From positions 6,471,572 through 6,535,571 of the forward strand of contig NC_068992.1 of the NCBI RefSeq assembly GCF_001194135.2: a DNA stretch of 64,000 bases, given 5' to 3'. The position numbers were made by a program, and so were the translations under genes. Shown piece after piece: positions 11,700 through 23,838 of the stretch; position 1 is the first letter of the stretch; each line of letters opens with the position of its first letter. Under the pieces are notes generated by a model. The model was not told where the DNA came from. It saw nothing but the letters and a program-made list of their open reading frames with translations, and made no database searches. This DNA comes from Octopus bimaculoides (lineage: Eukaryota).

Positions 11700-12690
11700 G
11701 AACTGCAAGAGATTCATTCAATATTTCGTTGATATTAGAGTTGGAGTGGATTTTAATTTTTCGAGAGCACTTGAATATGTTGTGTATGAAAGGTTGATCA
11801 CCTCCAGGTTTTTATATTCGCTTTGTGCCACCTTGTCTCGCAAATCTTGTCGGCTGTATTGAGAAAGTGATCTTTCAAGATTATCACTCTGTTTGCGTTT
11901 TTGTATTCGTTTACAATTTCATTTCTTTTATCAAGATTTCTTTTGTTCTTATGCGTGGATTGTGAATGGACCTGTTTTCGTATCCGTTGCGATTATAAGT
12001 TTGATATTTTTGCTACTTGTTTTAACGATTTAGGACACAATTTGCACAACAGATTGTAGCAGAATAGGTTATCAGTATAATATTCTATTTCATAATTACT
12101 AAAACAGCACTTCTCCCATCTCTGAAGAAATGTCGATTCTTCAACTTTACATTATTCCCTACGAAATTTAATGGTTTTCTCATTTAGTGGGCTGATGACT
12201 TTTTTTAAATTTCCACTAATATTTGTTTTTCGGTTGATTTGAGTTTTTGCTCTTGACAATTCGCCTTAAATAGTAATAGCTCGATTTCCATTTTGAACTT
12301 GCCAACTTCTCAATAAGCTTTCTTTGTTCCTCGGGTTCATTAGGGATAGGCTTAATTTTCAATTTCCTTGGAATAATAATCGATTTTGAATTATTCCAAT
12401 TTTCAGCTATTTCGGCTTTGCCGGTATTTTTCAACATGTTCCAACACGCAAATTTATGGATTATGTGGTTTCTGTTCCAAATATAATTTAAGCTATATTT
12501 AATTGAAGGTTTAACGTTGCAAATTACAATGCTTTGCGGGGTGGGGGTCGTGGCATTAATGTCTGCATATTTTTACATATCTGGTTGAGGCTTGACTCCT
12601 CTCCGCGTTGTGATTCTAGGATTTTTCAATAAATCCTGCGTGGATTGAGACATTACAGGATTTCTTTTTTAGCTCCTTTAAGATTTCCTT
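11700..12690 (-). mobile_element. Probable Penelope-like element ORF fragment, decayed
   Basis: Minus frame ...WNMLKNTGKAEIAENWNNSKSIIIPRKLKIKPIPNEPEEQRKLIEKLA... resembles from memory the N-terminal region of abundant cephalopod PLE-type ORFs. Frameshifts are present. Confidence 0.45.
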
Positions 12691-12832
12691 TTTCCTTGTA
12701 TTAACACCACGGTCAGATTCTCTATCTCTGTCTCTCTCTCTCTCCTTCTCTCTCTTTCTCTCTCTCGCTCTTTTTCTTTCTTTCTCTCAGTCTCTGTAAA
12801 TATATGTGATATGTTCGTTTGTACAGATAGAC

Positions 12833-12916
<84 letters not shown>

Positions 12917-12944
12917 GTAGCGATATATATATAAGATATTGGAC

Positions 12945-13610
12945 AATAGGAAAACTGTTAAATCTCAAAAGACTGCACCAAAACGAAAGTTCTGCATTCT
13001 CACCACTTCGTTGAGTTCCTGTATGCAGATGATTGTGACCTGTTGGCACATTCCCAGAAAGATATGCAGCACATGATGAATGCCATTTCTGCAGCATTGG
13101 GTCTGACGATCAACTGTTATAATGTACCAACCAGCCCACTCCCTCCGAGATGTATGCGGAACCTTTTATAGCTGTGAATGGTCAAAGGCTGGAGACCGTG
13201 CCTAGATTTATTTATTTGGGAGGTACCTTGAGCACTGCTGGTCTTGATGATGAAATTGTATACAGAATCATCAGGGCTAGTAGTGCTTTTGGTAGGCTTG
13301 ATAGGCGTCTGTGAAAACAGCATAATATATCTTCACAAATTAAAGTTAAGGTATTTAATTGACATTTGAATGTGTAAAATGTGGAAGGGTGTGCCTCTCA
13401 GTTGGAGGTCTGAAAAGGCATGTTAAGAGAGTGCATATGGTGGCACCTGTTTCTCCTGTCAGCCAGCACAGTTGTCCAGTATGTTATAAAATGTGTAACA
13501 GCTTGGCCGAGCTTAAAAGTCATATAAGGGCATCACATGGCAACAATAATGAATCATTTCAATAAGTCTTCTTGGCAATGGCTTTTCTCGTGTAACGAGG
13601 GTGCAGCTAT
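12945..13610 (+). mobile_element. RTE-clade LINE fragment: RT core, internal deletion, two C-terminal C2H2 fingers
   Basis: EFLYADDCDLLAHSQKDMQHMMNAISAALGLTIN; EPFIAVNGQRLETVPRFIYLGGTLS...EIVYRIIRASSAFGRL; then FECVKCGRVCLSVGGLKRHVKRVH and SCPVCYKMCNSLAELKSHIRASH; 3' hairpin CTCGTgtaACGAG. Confidence 0.9.
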
Positions 13611-13689
13611 GATATATGTATGTATATATATACCGAAGTATTGACGTAATTGCTCATATATACATCATTTTTAAAGCATTTATGTCTTT

Positions 13690-14310
13690 CTTTCTGAACT
13701 TCCTTTTTATAAATCTGTATTTTGTTCCTTTTGCCGCTTTTATTCCCTTTGCCAAACGCGTAACTTTCTTTACTCTTTCGTTGTCTTCTTATTTCTTTTA
13801 TCATCTTTATTTCCTTCTTTTTCTTTCTTCTTCCTTTTCTTCATTTTCTACTACTACTTTTTCTCCTCTTCCTCCTCCATTTTCATTTTTTTCTTCTTTC
13901 TTGCTCTTTCTCGTCTGTTTCTACATCTCTTCCTCTCACCCGTCTTCTTTTCTTTTTCTCTTTATCCTGTTTCTTCGTCTCCATTTTCTTTCTCTCTTCT
14001 TGCTTCCTCTTCTTTTTCTTTGCCTTCTCTTGTTTTTCCTCTCTTTTTCCTTTTGGCTTTCTCATTTTTTTAAATGCTTTTTCTTGCATTGCTTCTACAG
14101 ATTAGACATTTCTGCTTCACTTTCTTTCCAGTCACATCATTTTTTTCTCCCTTCTCCTTTTTCTATTTTTTTTTTTTTTTTACTTCTGTCTCCCTCTTTT
14201 TTTCCCTTTTTGTTTGCTTCCCGCTTTTCACTCCCTCCATGTCCTTATTTTCTTCCTTTCATACTTCTGCCCTTTCTTTCCCCTGCCCCCTCTTCTTTGC
14301 TTGTGTTCTT
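13690..14310 (+). repeat. Long pyrimidine-rich (CT/TTC) low-complexity tract
   Basis: Direct reading. It generates the spurious F/L/S-rich ORF. Confidence 0.9.
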
Positions 14311-14579
14311 CCAAATCCTAATTTTAGCCAGTAAAAGCAAAACTGACGTAGTTTCATTAGGATTCTTAGAATGTCAGACACAGCGGCGATTGTTATTTAC
14401 TTAGGATCTTTTAGATTATCAGTTCAAATACCCCGCCCCAACCCGAAGCAAACGTTGTCTTTCATCCTTCCAGCAACCTTCCAGATTTGATGCAATAAAG
14501 TACCACTCACACCAACTGATTCGATTTCTTTTTCTTCCTCTAATGCATCCTAGATTTCTTATCCTTCATCGTTTATTTG

Positions 14580-14836
14580 TATCAATCATTAGACTGTGGC
14601 CATGCAGGGGCACCACCTTGAAGAATTTATATCTCAAGAACTAATCCCAGGACTGAAGAGCAGTGCTTCCCAGGGTATGTTCCCCGTGATACCTGGGTTT
14701 AGTCGAGTGTACCGACCCCAGTACATGGTTTTATTTTAAAGCTTGGTACTTATTATATCTTTTTTCTTTTTGCTGAACCGCTAAGTTACGGAGACGTAAA
14801 CACACCAAACCCAGTTGTCAAGCAGAGGGGGAAGAC

Positions 14837-14883
<47 letters not shown>

Positions 14884-15190
14884 NNNNNNNNNNNNNNNNN
14901 NNNNNNNNNNNNNNNNNNNNNNNNNNNNNNNNNNNNNNNNNNNNNNNNNNNNNNNNNNNNNNNNNNNNNNNNNNNNNNNNNNNNNNNNNNNNNNNNNNNN
15001 NNNNNNNNNNNNNNNNNNNNNNTATATATATATATATATATATATGTACATATATATACAGCGGGCTTCTTTCAGTTTCCCTCTTCGAAATCAACTTGCA
15101 AGGCTTTGGTTGGCCCAAGGCTGATAGTAGAACACATTTTCCCAATGATTGTAATTGTGAAGCCAGCTTCTTACCACACAGCCACGCCTG
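14580..15190 (-). mobile_element. SINE B copy spanning an N-gap in its internal microsatellite
   Basis: 3' half at 14580-14840; (CA)n-gap-(TA)n; 5' half at 15060-15190 ending ttcttaccacacagccacgcc. Confidence 0.8.
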
Positions 15191-16164
15191 TGACTAAGTT
15201 CTCCATAAAATACTTAAATATAGGTTCTGTGATTTTTGGGAAGCTATACAAGGGTTTCGCATGAAAGTAAGCGTGGTTAACACTGCAACAGAGTATCCTA
15301 GATGTACATAAATCTATGAATAGAAAACTGTGACAATACTCATCCTTCCAAATTAGTGGTCTTGTGCCAGTGAAGAAACTATTATTACTACAGCTACTAA
15401 GTATTATTAGAAGTATACTAAGCCAAGAAGAAAACCTAAACGTACTAGAAATAGCAACACAAACATCTTCAGAACTTGCCTAGCCGTCTTATAAAGTGAG
15501 GTTACAAAGGATAATGTAGTGCTGTATATGTTATGTATGGATAAAACAAAAAATATCTTGTCACTTCTTAAATGCTTTTGCTCATTGATGTGGTCGATGA
15601 GAGCCGTCTTGAGTCAAAGCAACAACATCAATAGCTGCTGGTATTACTACTACAACTAGTGGTACTACTACTGCAGTTATGACTGCTACTACTATTACTA
15701 CCTTTTATCGTCGCTTATTATTGTGTCTTATTTCTGTAACCTGATACAACTCCGTCAGTAGGTTAATCATAGGACTTCTGAGAGCTTAAGATATCATATT
15801 TGTGTTTCTCATTACCAACAACAACAACAACAGCAGCTTCAAAGACATTCTATATCGAAACACATACCATAGTGAAACAATAGTCTCGAGCCAACGAGGC
15901 TAGACTGCTTGAAAGTGATCGTTCAACTTGTTAGAAATAGCAAACAATTTTCCCTCAAATCATCCTCATCCGACCGTGATCTTAAAAAAAAGAAAGAAAA
16001 AAGGAAACTGAATTATGAGGAGCTGAGAGATGGAGATGTAATACGAATATATGATACCCAGCTATTGATAAAAAAAAATAGAGACAAACGCGCCTGCGCA
16101 CACAGACTCACTCAAGTAGGCATATATGTATATACACACGTGTGTAGCTCTATAAGTGTATAAA

Positions 16165-16197
<33 letters not shown>

Positions 16198-16247
16198 GTG
16201 CAAGTGCGTATGCAAGTATATGCGCATGTGTATGTGCATAGATATGC

Positions 16248-16307
<60 letters not shown>

Positions 16308-16308
<1 letters not shown>

Positions 16309-16385
16309 GGCGCAGTATGGTCGAATGGTTAAGAAGTTTGATACACAAGCACGGTTTCTGGGGTTCGATTCCACTGTATGCACCA
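16308..16385 (+). mobile_element. Isolated tRNA-like SINE head
   Basis: ggcgcagtatggtcgaatggttaag (A box) ... ggggttcgattcc (B box), with no acceptor-stem closure. Confidence 0.55.
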
Positions 16386-16619
16386 CCAGTTGTAGCAGGT
16401 GTAGTAATAGCAGCAGCAAACGATGTTGTTGCATTGGCACATGTCCATTGACAGCTTAAGACAAACAGTCAAATCAACAAAGTTCCCCCTCCTCACCAAC
16501 ACTGTCATGATACTACTGAGGAGATGGAGGAGGAGGAGGAGGAGGAGGTGATGACGATGATGACAAATATTGTTGTTGTTAATGTTAGGATTACAGGGAA
16601 AATGCTCTGGGGCATTTCT

Positions 16620-17810
16620 TCCGAATGACATTCAGATCTACGTATCTCTGAGTCAACCTGCAATGTGAAGCCACCTGGGTAAAGAAACTGTAATGGATCA
16701 GTCGAAAGCTTATAATGGAGTTGAATATCAATATTTGGTGGTTTTCCTGCAAGCTGGATCGTTGCAATGTGCAGTAGAACTTACTCGGCAGTCAGAGTAA
16801 CTGGTCATCTGTCGGACCCGAAACCGTTCAGTACTATGCGTTCGGCCAGTTGAGGGTGCTTCTTACTCTCCGTTGTGTGGAAGGATGGACATGTTGTGTT
16901 AATGATGCAGACGCATACACTGAGCCCATGGTGTCTCCAGCGTGTCTTTCACGGCGGAAACACTTTATCGCTGTTTGCTAGATACGCTTTTCTACGGATC
17001 ATCTCATTGACAAAGTTGTAGCCTCATTGACAAAGTTGTAGTCCTCGATCGAGAGTAAACCGAAGTGGGCTATTAGTCCTTACGGTTCCCTCAACCGCTC
17101 TCGTCTCCAAGAGTCGGTAGATGTTAGATCCTGACGTTCGATAGAGAACCAGTAGTGGGTAAGTGCGACAATGATATCGGGGATACTGGGCGTGGATGAG
17201 AATCAACAATCAGCTAGCTGTTATTTTCCAGAGGACTTTCAGGCAGGGGTCCGTTGATAATTTCCAGAAACTCCTGGCCTGGCAGAGCCACCGGGTGGTT
17301 GTACGATACAGATGATTCGAGATAATCTCTACAGGCATAGTACTGCTGTCTGAAATTCGGAGAGAACGACGAAAACATCCTGAACGCGCTCGTACAGCAC
17401 TTGAGCCTTGCCGACTTGTGGAGTTATGTCGAATAGCTGCTATCACGTGTAGGACGGATCCGGCTATCAGCTAACTAACTCTTTTGTGAACAACACCTGT
17501 CGTCTGCCTTTGACCGGGAAGGGCAAGCAGTTTTCCTCTGTCTGGTGGCTATCTTAAAAGAAGTTGTGGTGGACGAGACTGAAAACACTGAAGACAGGCA
17601 TTCGCCATATTGGCAAAGCCCACATCGATGTTTTTGAAATTGCATTTGAAAAGGAAAGTGAGAGTTGAGAGGGATGTAGTACCTCCAGGTAGATTTGTTG
17701 AAAGGCAGGTGAAAGTAGTGAGGATGAGCCGAGTAAGTGGTTCTATTCGCAGGTGCCACCTGAAGGAGGGGAGAGGAGCACTTGTCATTGTACTCCCTGA
17801 TGAGTAAGAT
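16620..17810 (+). mobile_element. Tx1/L1-clade LINE ORF2 relic (RT core joined to the C-terminal zf-RVT region)
   Basis: DQSKAYNGVEYQYL (compare DQSKAFDRVDH); VRVTGHLSDP...RSAS*GC (compare VRVNG.LS....RSVRQGCPLS); RTFRQGSVDNFQKLLAWQ; IRDNLYRH; NALVQHLSLADLWSYVE; LHLKRKVRVERDVVPPGRFVER. Confidence 0.8.
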
Positions 17811-17861
17811 GCCTTTGAATCGATGGGGTTCCAAAATAAGGATGAATTATAATTATTAATA

Positions 17862-17912
17862 ATGGTGGTGGTGGTGGTGGCGGCGGCGGCGGTGGTGGTG
17901 TTGATGATAATA

Positions 17913-17956
<44 letters not shown>

Positions 17957-18050
17957 AATGATGGTAGTAGCAGCGGCGGTGGCGGCGGGTAGCCATTCAG
18001 CTGGTGGTAGTCACGGTGATGATGATGATGATGATAATGGTGATGAATCT
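17862..18050. repeat. GGT/GCG/GAT trinucleotide repeat cluster
   Basis: Direct reading. Confidence 0.9.
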
Positions 18051-18489
18051 GGTAGAGAAGTTGTTAAAGGTTGAAAGATTCCCTTCATAAATTTTAGTGA
18101 TTATATTTTAGAAATATTTTAGAATTATAAATAAAATGTGAAGCTGTGGCGTGCATTGTGGGTATGCTTGCACTTGATGTCAACTCAAATGCCAATTATG
18201 TCATCGGGGACAATTCGAATGAGAACAGCAACAATCATTCATTTTAAAAGCAGTAACTACAACAATAACAATACTCAGAAGAATATTGATTTGTATTGAT
18301 CAGGCACACGGGGCAATTTCAATGATGGGTATAGATGATAATATCGACTTTTTAAAGATATATATTTATAGATAGATAGAGATAGAGAGAGAGAGAGTGA
18401 GAGTGAGAGGGGGGACTTACAAAACACATATACACACACACATGTATATATGTATGTACGTGTGTATGTATGTGTGTGTGTGTGTATGT

Positions 18490-18551
<62 letters not shown>

Positions 18552-18737
18552 ACACGGGATTCCTTCAACCGAATTCTACTTAGAAAGTATTGGTCAAGTC
18601 GAGGTTATTATGGAAGTAGATTCTTGCCGAATGTGAGGCTTATTGCTATCTATCTATCTATCTCTCTATCTATCTATCTATGTATCTATCTGTCAATCTA
18701 TTCACCCATCTACCCATCTATCTATCTATCTATCTAT

Positions 18738-18787
<50 letters not shown>

Positions 18788-19058
18788 CTATCTATATGTG
18801 TGCGCGCACGCATGTGGGTGTCCGCTTTTCTCTGTTCTATTTATGGCAGACTCATGTATATTTTGACGACTAAAAGTGCTCTCACACACACACATATACA
18901 TGCATACATACATACATACATACATACATACATACATGTATACATTCATGCATACACATATACATGTATGTCTATCTTTCTCTCTCACTATTCATTCCTT
19001 TGCCTATAGCTCTATCAATATACGGATATATGTATTTATCTACCTCAAATGTGTATAT

Positions 19059-19109
<51 letters not shown>

Positions 19110-20359
19110 GAGAGAGAGAAAGTGTGAGAGAAAGAGAAAGAGAAAGAGAAAGAGAGGCATATAGATGTAGAAATCAACAACAACAAAAATCCTTCTTTAA
19201 TCAAAATCTTTCATCACCATCATCACCACCCGAGAGGGGCGAATCGCATCATCTACCGCCGCCAGTAAAAAGCCTTGTCAGAACACTCCAACGTAATACT
19301 ATAAAGAAAAGCCGAGAAAAGCTTGTCAGCAGCTCGGCATCTCCTGTGCCTTCATTACCTTCATTATTAAGAATCATCAACATCCTAATCATTGCCTGAC
19401 TGTCAGACAGAAAAAAAGAACAAAAGCACAACAACAAAAAACAGATGAATAAACCAAATAAAAAAAAAGTAACACATGAACCTCGCCTCCCATCGTGTCT
19501 AGTAAACTGTCTACCGCAGCCCGGTCGCTGCTTAGCGCTGGAGCCCCAACTAAAGCTATTCATTAGACTATTTGTTACAACTGAATGTTTTCGCACGGCA
19601 CTTGCTAATAGCTGTCCTTCTCTCCTTCTCCCTTTTCTCTCTCTCTCTTTCAGTTATGAATACAATACACACACACACACACACATATATATATATTATA
19701 TATACAAACACATACATGTGTGTGTGTGCTTATGTTTGCTTTATTTCCCCATAGGTTCTCGTTATATTTCTGTCCATCTGTCTCTCGTTCTCTCAATCCA
19801 CTCCCTCTCTCTCTTCCTCTCTCTCATTCTCTCTCTCTCTCTCATTCTCTCTCNNNNNNNNNNNNNNNNNNNNNNNNNNNNNNNNNNNNNNNNNNNNNNN
19901 NNNNNNNNNNNNNNNNNNNNNNNNNNNNNNNNNNNNNNNNNNNNNNNNNNNNNNNNNNNNNNNNNNNNNNNNNNNNNNNNNNNNNNNNNNNNNNNNNNNN
20001 NNNNNNNNNNNNNNNNNNNNNNNNNNNNNNNNNNNNNNNNNNNNNNNNNNNNNNNNNNNNNNNNNNNNNNNNNNNNNNNNNNNNNNNNNNNNNNNNNNNN
20101 NNNNNNNNNNNNNNNNNNNNNNNNNNNNNNNNNNNNNNNNNNNNNNNNNNNNNNNNNNNNNNNNNNNNNNNNNNNNNNNNNNNNNNNNNNNNNNNNNNNN
20201 NNNNNNNNNNNNNNNNNNNNNNNNNNNNNNNNNNNNNNNNNNNNNNNNNNNNNNNNNNNCCTAACCCCCCCCCCCACTCATCTCTTCTCTACATACTTCC
20301 ATATAGTAGCAACAAGACAGTCTTACGTTTATCACAACTTCTGAAACACTTGGAATTCC

Positions 20360-20457
20360 TGACTCTGCTGTTGCTGCTTCTGCAGCAGCTGCTGTTGCTC
20401 TTATTATTGCTACTATTCCCACTGTTGTTGTTGATGATGATGGTGCTACTGCTACTA

Positions 20458-20492
<35 letters not shown>

Positions 20493-20500
20493 ACTTCTGC
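20360..20500. repeat. CTG/CTA/GAT trinucleotide repeat cluster
   Basis: Direct reading. Confidence 0.9.
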
Positions 20501-21064
20501 AGTTAATACCGGTCTTACTTTGCTCTCTCGCTCACGTTAAACTAAAACGACAAATACACCTACGAGCCAGCTAACGGATCCTCTAGTAATACCAGCTAAA
20601 TGTATCTCCTTCGCACTCTGTTGTCTCAATAAAATGAAGCATACACTGGCTAATGGAGCCCTCCATACAGAAAACAAAACAAAAACGGGACCGTCATGGT
20701 TGAAATGTCTTAGACGATAAGTCAGCTCAAGTGACAGTGATCTTGTACTACACAACAGCAAGCGAGACGCATGATCTAATGTGGGATGTCTTTATGTCTT
20801 AGCAAGATTGCTAGAAATATCTACCAAATCTCCCTCGAATTTCAGCCTAACATCTTGGAAAATAAAAAGTTGCATAAGATATTGAAGATTTAGAGACAGC
20901 TTTCCTTTCCACTCTCAGAAATCAGTCACGGCTGGATTGTCTCTGATCATAGGTGTACTTAACGAAAGTTCATCTGGTTCTAAACTAGTAAACATCAACA
21001 AAGACCTCTGTACATATTGACAGAAAAACCACCCAGACTTTCTCGAAATCACTCGATATGACAC

Positions 21065-21250
21065 GGGTGCAGGAGAAGGGGAAGGGAGTCAGTTGATTAC
21101 ACCGACCCCAGTACAAGACTGGTAATTTTTCTCATCGACCTCGAAAGGATGAAAGGCAAAGTCGACTTTGGTGGAATTTGAACTCATCACGTGAAGACGG
21201 ACGAAATACTACTAAGCATTTCGCCCGTCGTGCTAACGATCTCGCCTTCA
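21065..21250 (-). mobile_element. SINE A copy
   Basis: accgaccccagtacaagactggtaa...gaaaggatgaaaggcaaagtcgac...taagcatttcgcccgtcgtgctaacg. Confidence 0.85.
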
Positions 21251-21267
21251 GGACACAGCAAATACTC

Positions 21268-21478
21268 CTCTCTATCATAGGCACAAGGCCTAAAATTGAG
21301 GGAGGGGTAAGTCGATTACAGCGACCTCACTACTCGACTGGTATTTATTTTGTCGACTCTGAAAGAATGAAAGGCAAAGTCGACCTCGGCGAAATTTGAA
21401 CTGAGAGCGTACCGATGGGCGACATGTCACCAAGCATTTCCCCCGGCGTGCTAACGATCTTGCCAGCTCGCCACCTTT
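21268..21478 (-). mobile_element. SINE A copy
   Basis: ataggcacaaggcc...gaaaggcaaagtcgacctcggcgaaatttgaac...gccagctcgccacctt. Confidence 0.85.
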
Positions 21479-21759
21479 ATAATATAGTAAATATTACAAA
21501 CCAAGAGCAATCTGCATCTTTTTTTTGAAATCCCACACAAACATTTAAAACAATTACGGATCATCAGAAAGTCTCAGAAATTACACCCACATCTACAGAA
21601 ATAAATACTAGTTCTACTGCACAACCCACTGTAAATTTTGATTAACACATGTATAACACAAACCTGGACCAGTTGCCCCAGAAATCTACAATTATAAAAA
21701 TCAGAAACAATTTTCTTTTCGCAAAAGGTTTAACAAACAATCACCTCACTATGGCAATT

Positions 21760-21983
21760 CGTTTCTACTCTAGGCACAACGCCCGAAATTTTGGGGGAGG
21801 GGGGGGCCAATCGATTAGATCGACCCCAGTACGCAACTGGTACTTAATTTATCAATCCCGAAAGGATGAAAGGCAAAGTCGGCCTCGGCGGAATTTGAAC
21901 TCAGAACGTAAAGACAGACGAAATACTGCTAAGCATTTCGCCCGGCGTGCTAACGTTTCTGCCAGCTCATTTCTGTAATCTTT
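21760..21983 (-). mobile_element. Young SINE A copy, 12-bp TSD
   Basis: Near-identical to 677-887. ACTATGGCAATT occurs at 21748-21759 and 21984-21995. Confidence 0.9.
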
Positions 21984-22937
21984 ACTATGGCAATTACGTC
22001 AACGGAAGCGCATCATTCACCGGAAGTACGATGATTTTTGTATACCAGTCTTCACTCGATATAGAAGACTGTTAATCAAGAAAGGGAAAAGAAAGCAAAT
22101 GTCGAGAACAAAATGAATTTCTATTTATAAAAAAAGTATATTGTAAATAGTAAAGCCCAGGCTTCTCTTCGACATTCAAGTAATAAAAGGAAAACCATTA
22201 TTCCCAGAGACAAGCGTCTTCATATTAAGAAACGGTTGAACATTACTGGTGATCTCAGCGATTTGTTAGTCACAAGGAGAAACCATAAAAAAGTTGAAAA
22301 CCATAATTGATGTTGCACAATTAGCTTTGAAAAAGAAAGAGGAAGATAATTATTTTTAGCGGTGAAGCGAATAAAATCAAATTGAAAAGTTTTCTTCTTC
22401 TGTGTAGGTGAGTGTCTAGATTTGAAATCAAACGATTAGTCAGTTTCAATATGAAGGTAACTCGAAAACGAACAATTCTTCATGACTTACCATCTATTCA
22501 AAAGCCATATGGACACTACTTTCCCAAACTTGTTAACATTAGTGTTACATTATTACAAGCGATGGTGTGATGTTGACATTCAGTATATTCATTGTATTCA
22601 GAAAGTTCGACTTAAGCCCAGTTATATGATCTAACAGCCAAGACCTCAATGATATAGTAAAATCGGAGAACTTAACAAGTTGGGAAAAGCCTCTCATCTT
22701 TGGAACGCTATTGTAAACGGTAAAGCAGAGTGTGTGTGCGTGTGTGTGTGTTTGTGTGTGTTCGCGTGTGTATTTGTGTGTGCCAGAGTTTTCGGATTTC
22801 ACTGATGATTTCTGTCAACTTGTATCTCCATGTAACATTAATTTGAAAGAAACGTCTGTCGTCCAATCCGTTACTGAATTGTTTATTCTTTATTTTCATG
22901 TATAACATACGAATTTAATTGTTTATTCCTTATTTTA

Positions 22938-23190
22938 GAGGTGCAAATTGCAATTAGAGCCATTTTATGGTACCTGTAGAAAAAAAAAGGACTGAGTGCA
23001 AGAACACAAGTAATAGGAATCAATAATGTGGAAGACCCTGGAACTGTCAACGAACGTGACGCATAAAACTGCTTCAGAGGTTTTAAGGGAGGTGATACAG
23101 ACCTCGAAGACGAAGGTCAGGGAGATCTTTTGCGAAATATGAATTCTTGCTTGAAATAGTTGAACAGCACAAACGCTCATACATTGTCGT
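22938..23190 (+). mobile_element. Mariner transposase N-terminal HTH relic
   Basis: EVQIAIRAILWYL*KKKGLSARTQVIGINNVEDPGTVNERDA*NCFRGFKGGDTDLEDE (compare mariner ..GTVNERTAQxWFxRFxxGDxxLED). Confidence 0.75.
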
Positions 23191-23240
23191 GCGCTTGTGT
23201 GTGTGTGAGTGTGTGTGCGTGTGTGAGAGAGAGAGAGAGA

Positions 23241-23480
23241 GAGTTCCGGGACTACTTCTGTAGCGCACCTACAGATTGCAGCCCAGTGTTGTGTGTGCAG
23301 TGAGGGCTAGCATTGACCTTCATGAGGCAGTGTACTGAGTGACATCTATGTGTCTACTTTGCAAGTTGTGAAATTTGTCTTTTTTTTTGTGGTCATTCGT
23401 ATGCTGTAGTCTGCGATTTTGTCATGGACAGGAAGCTGGAACAAATTTTGCGTTAAACTTGGGAAGTCTACTACAGAGAC
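23241..23480 (+). mobile_element. Second mariner element, 5' end and transposase start, cut by an N-gap
   Basis: ATG at 23424 gives MDRKLEQ, then after a short deletion FCVKLGKSTTE (compare MEQRxxIKFCVKLGKSATET). Confidence 0.7.
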
Positions 23481-23783
23481 NNNNNNNNNNNNNNNNNNNN
23501 NNNNNNNNNNNNNNNNNNNNNNNNNNNNNNNNNNNNNNNNNNNNNNNNNNNNNNNNNNNNNNNNNNNNNNNNNNNNNNNNNNNNNNNNNNNNNNNNNNNN
23601 NNNNNNNNNNNNNNNNNNNNNNNNNNNNNNNNNNNNNNNNNNNNNNNNNNNNNNNNNNNNNNNNNNNNNNNTATATGTATATATATATATATATAGTTAA
23701 AAACACAAAAAACAATAACAAAAAAACAACGAAGTGAGGACGTGATACGGATAGTGTTATTGGATAGATAGATAGATAGATAG

Positions 23784-23838
<55 letters not shown>

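Noticed and set aside
11530-11800. Possible small exons on both strands (minus FCRIMYVTEELYEK/gtaagt; plus NCKRFIQYFVDIRV...)
   Set aside because: Phases are inconsistent, the region overlaps a probable Penelope relic, and there is no recognisable homology.
13616-14404. 262-aa hydrophobic ORF resembling a membrane protein
   Set aside because: It is a product of the CT-rich tract. The same applies to 49113-50252 and 49622-50554.
17862-18074. Poly-V/A/M/D ORF
   Set aside because: Trinucleotide repeats with no splice or homology support.
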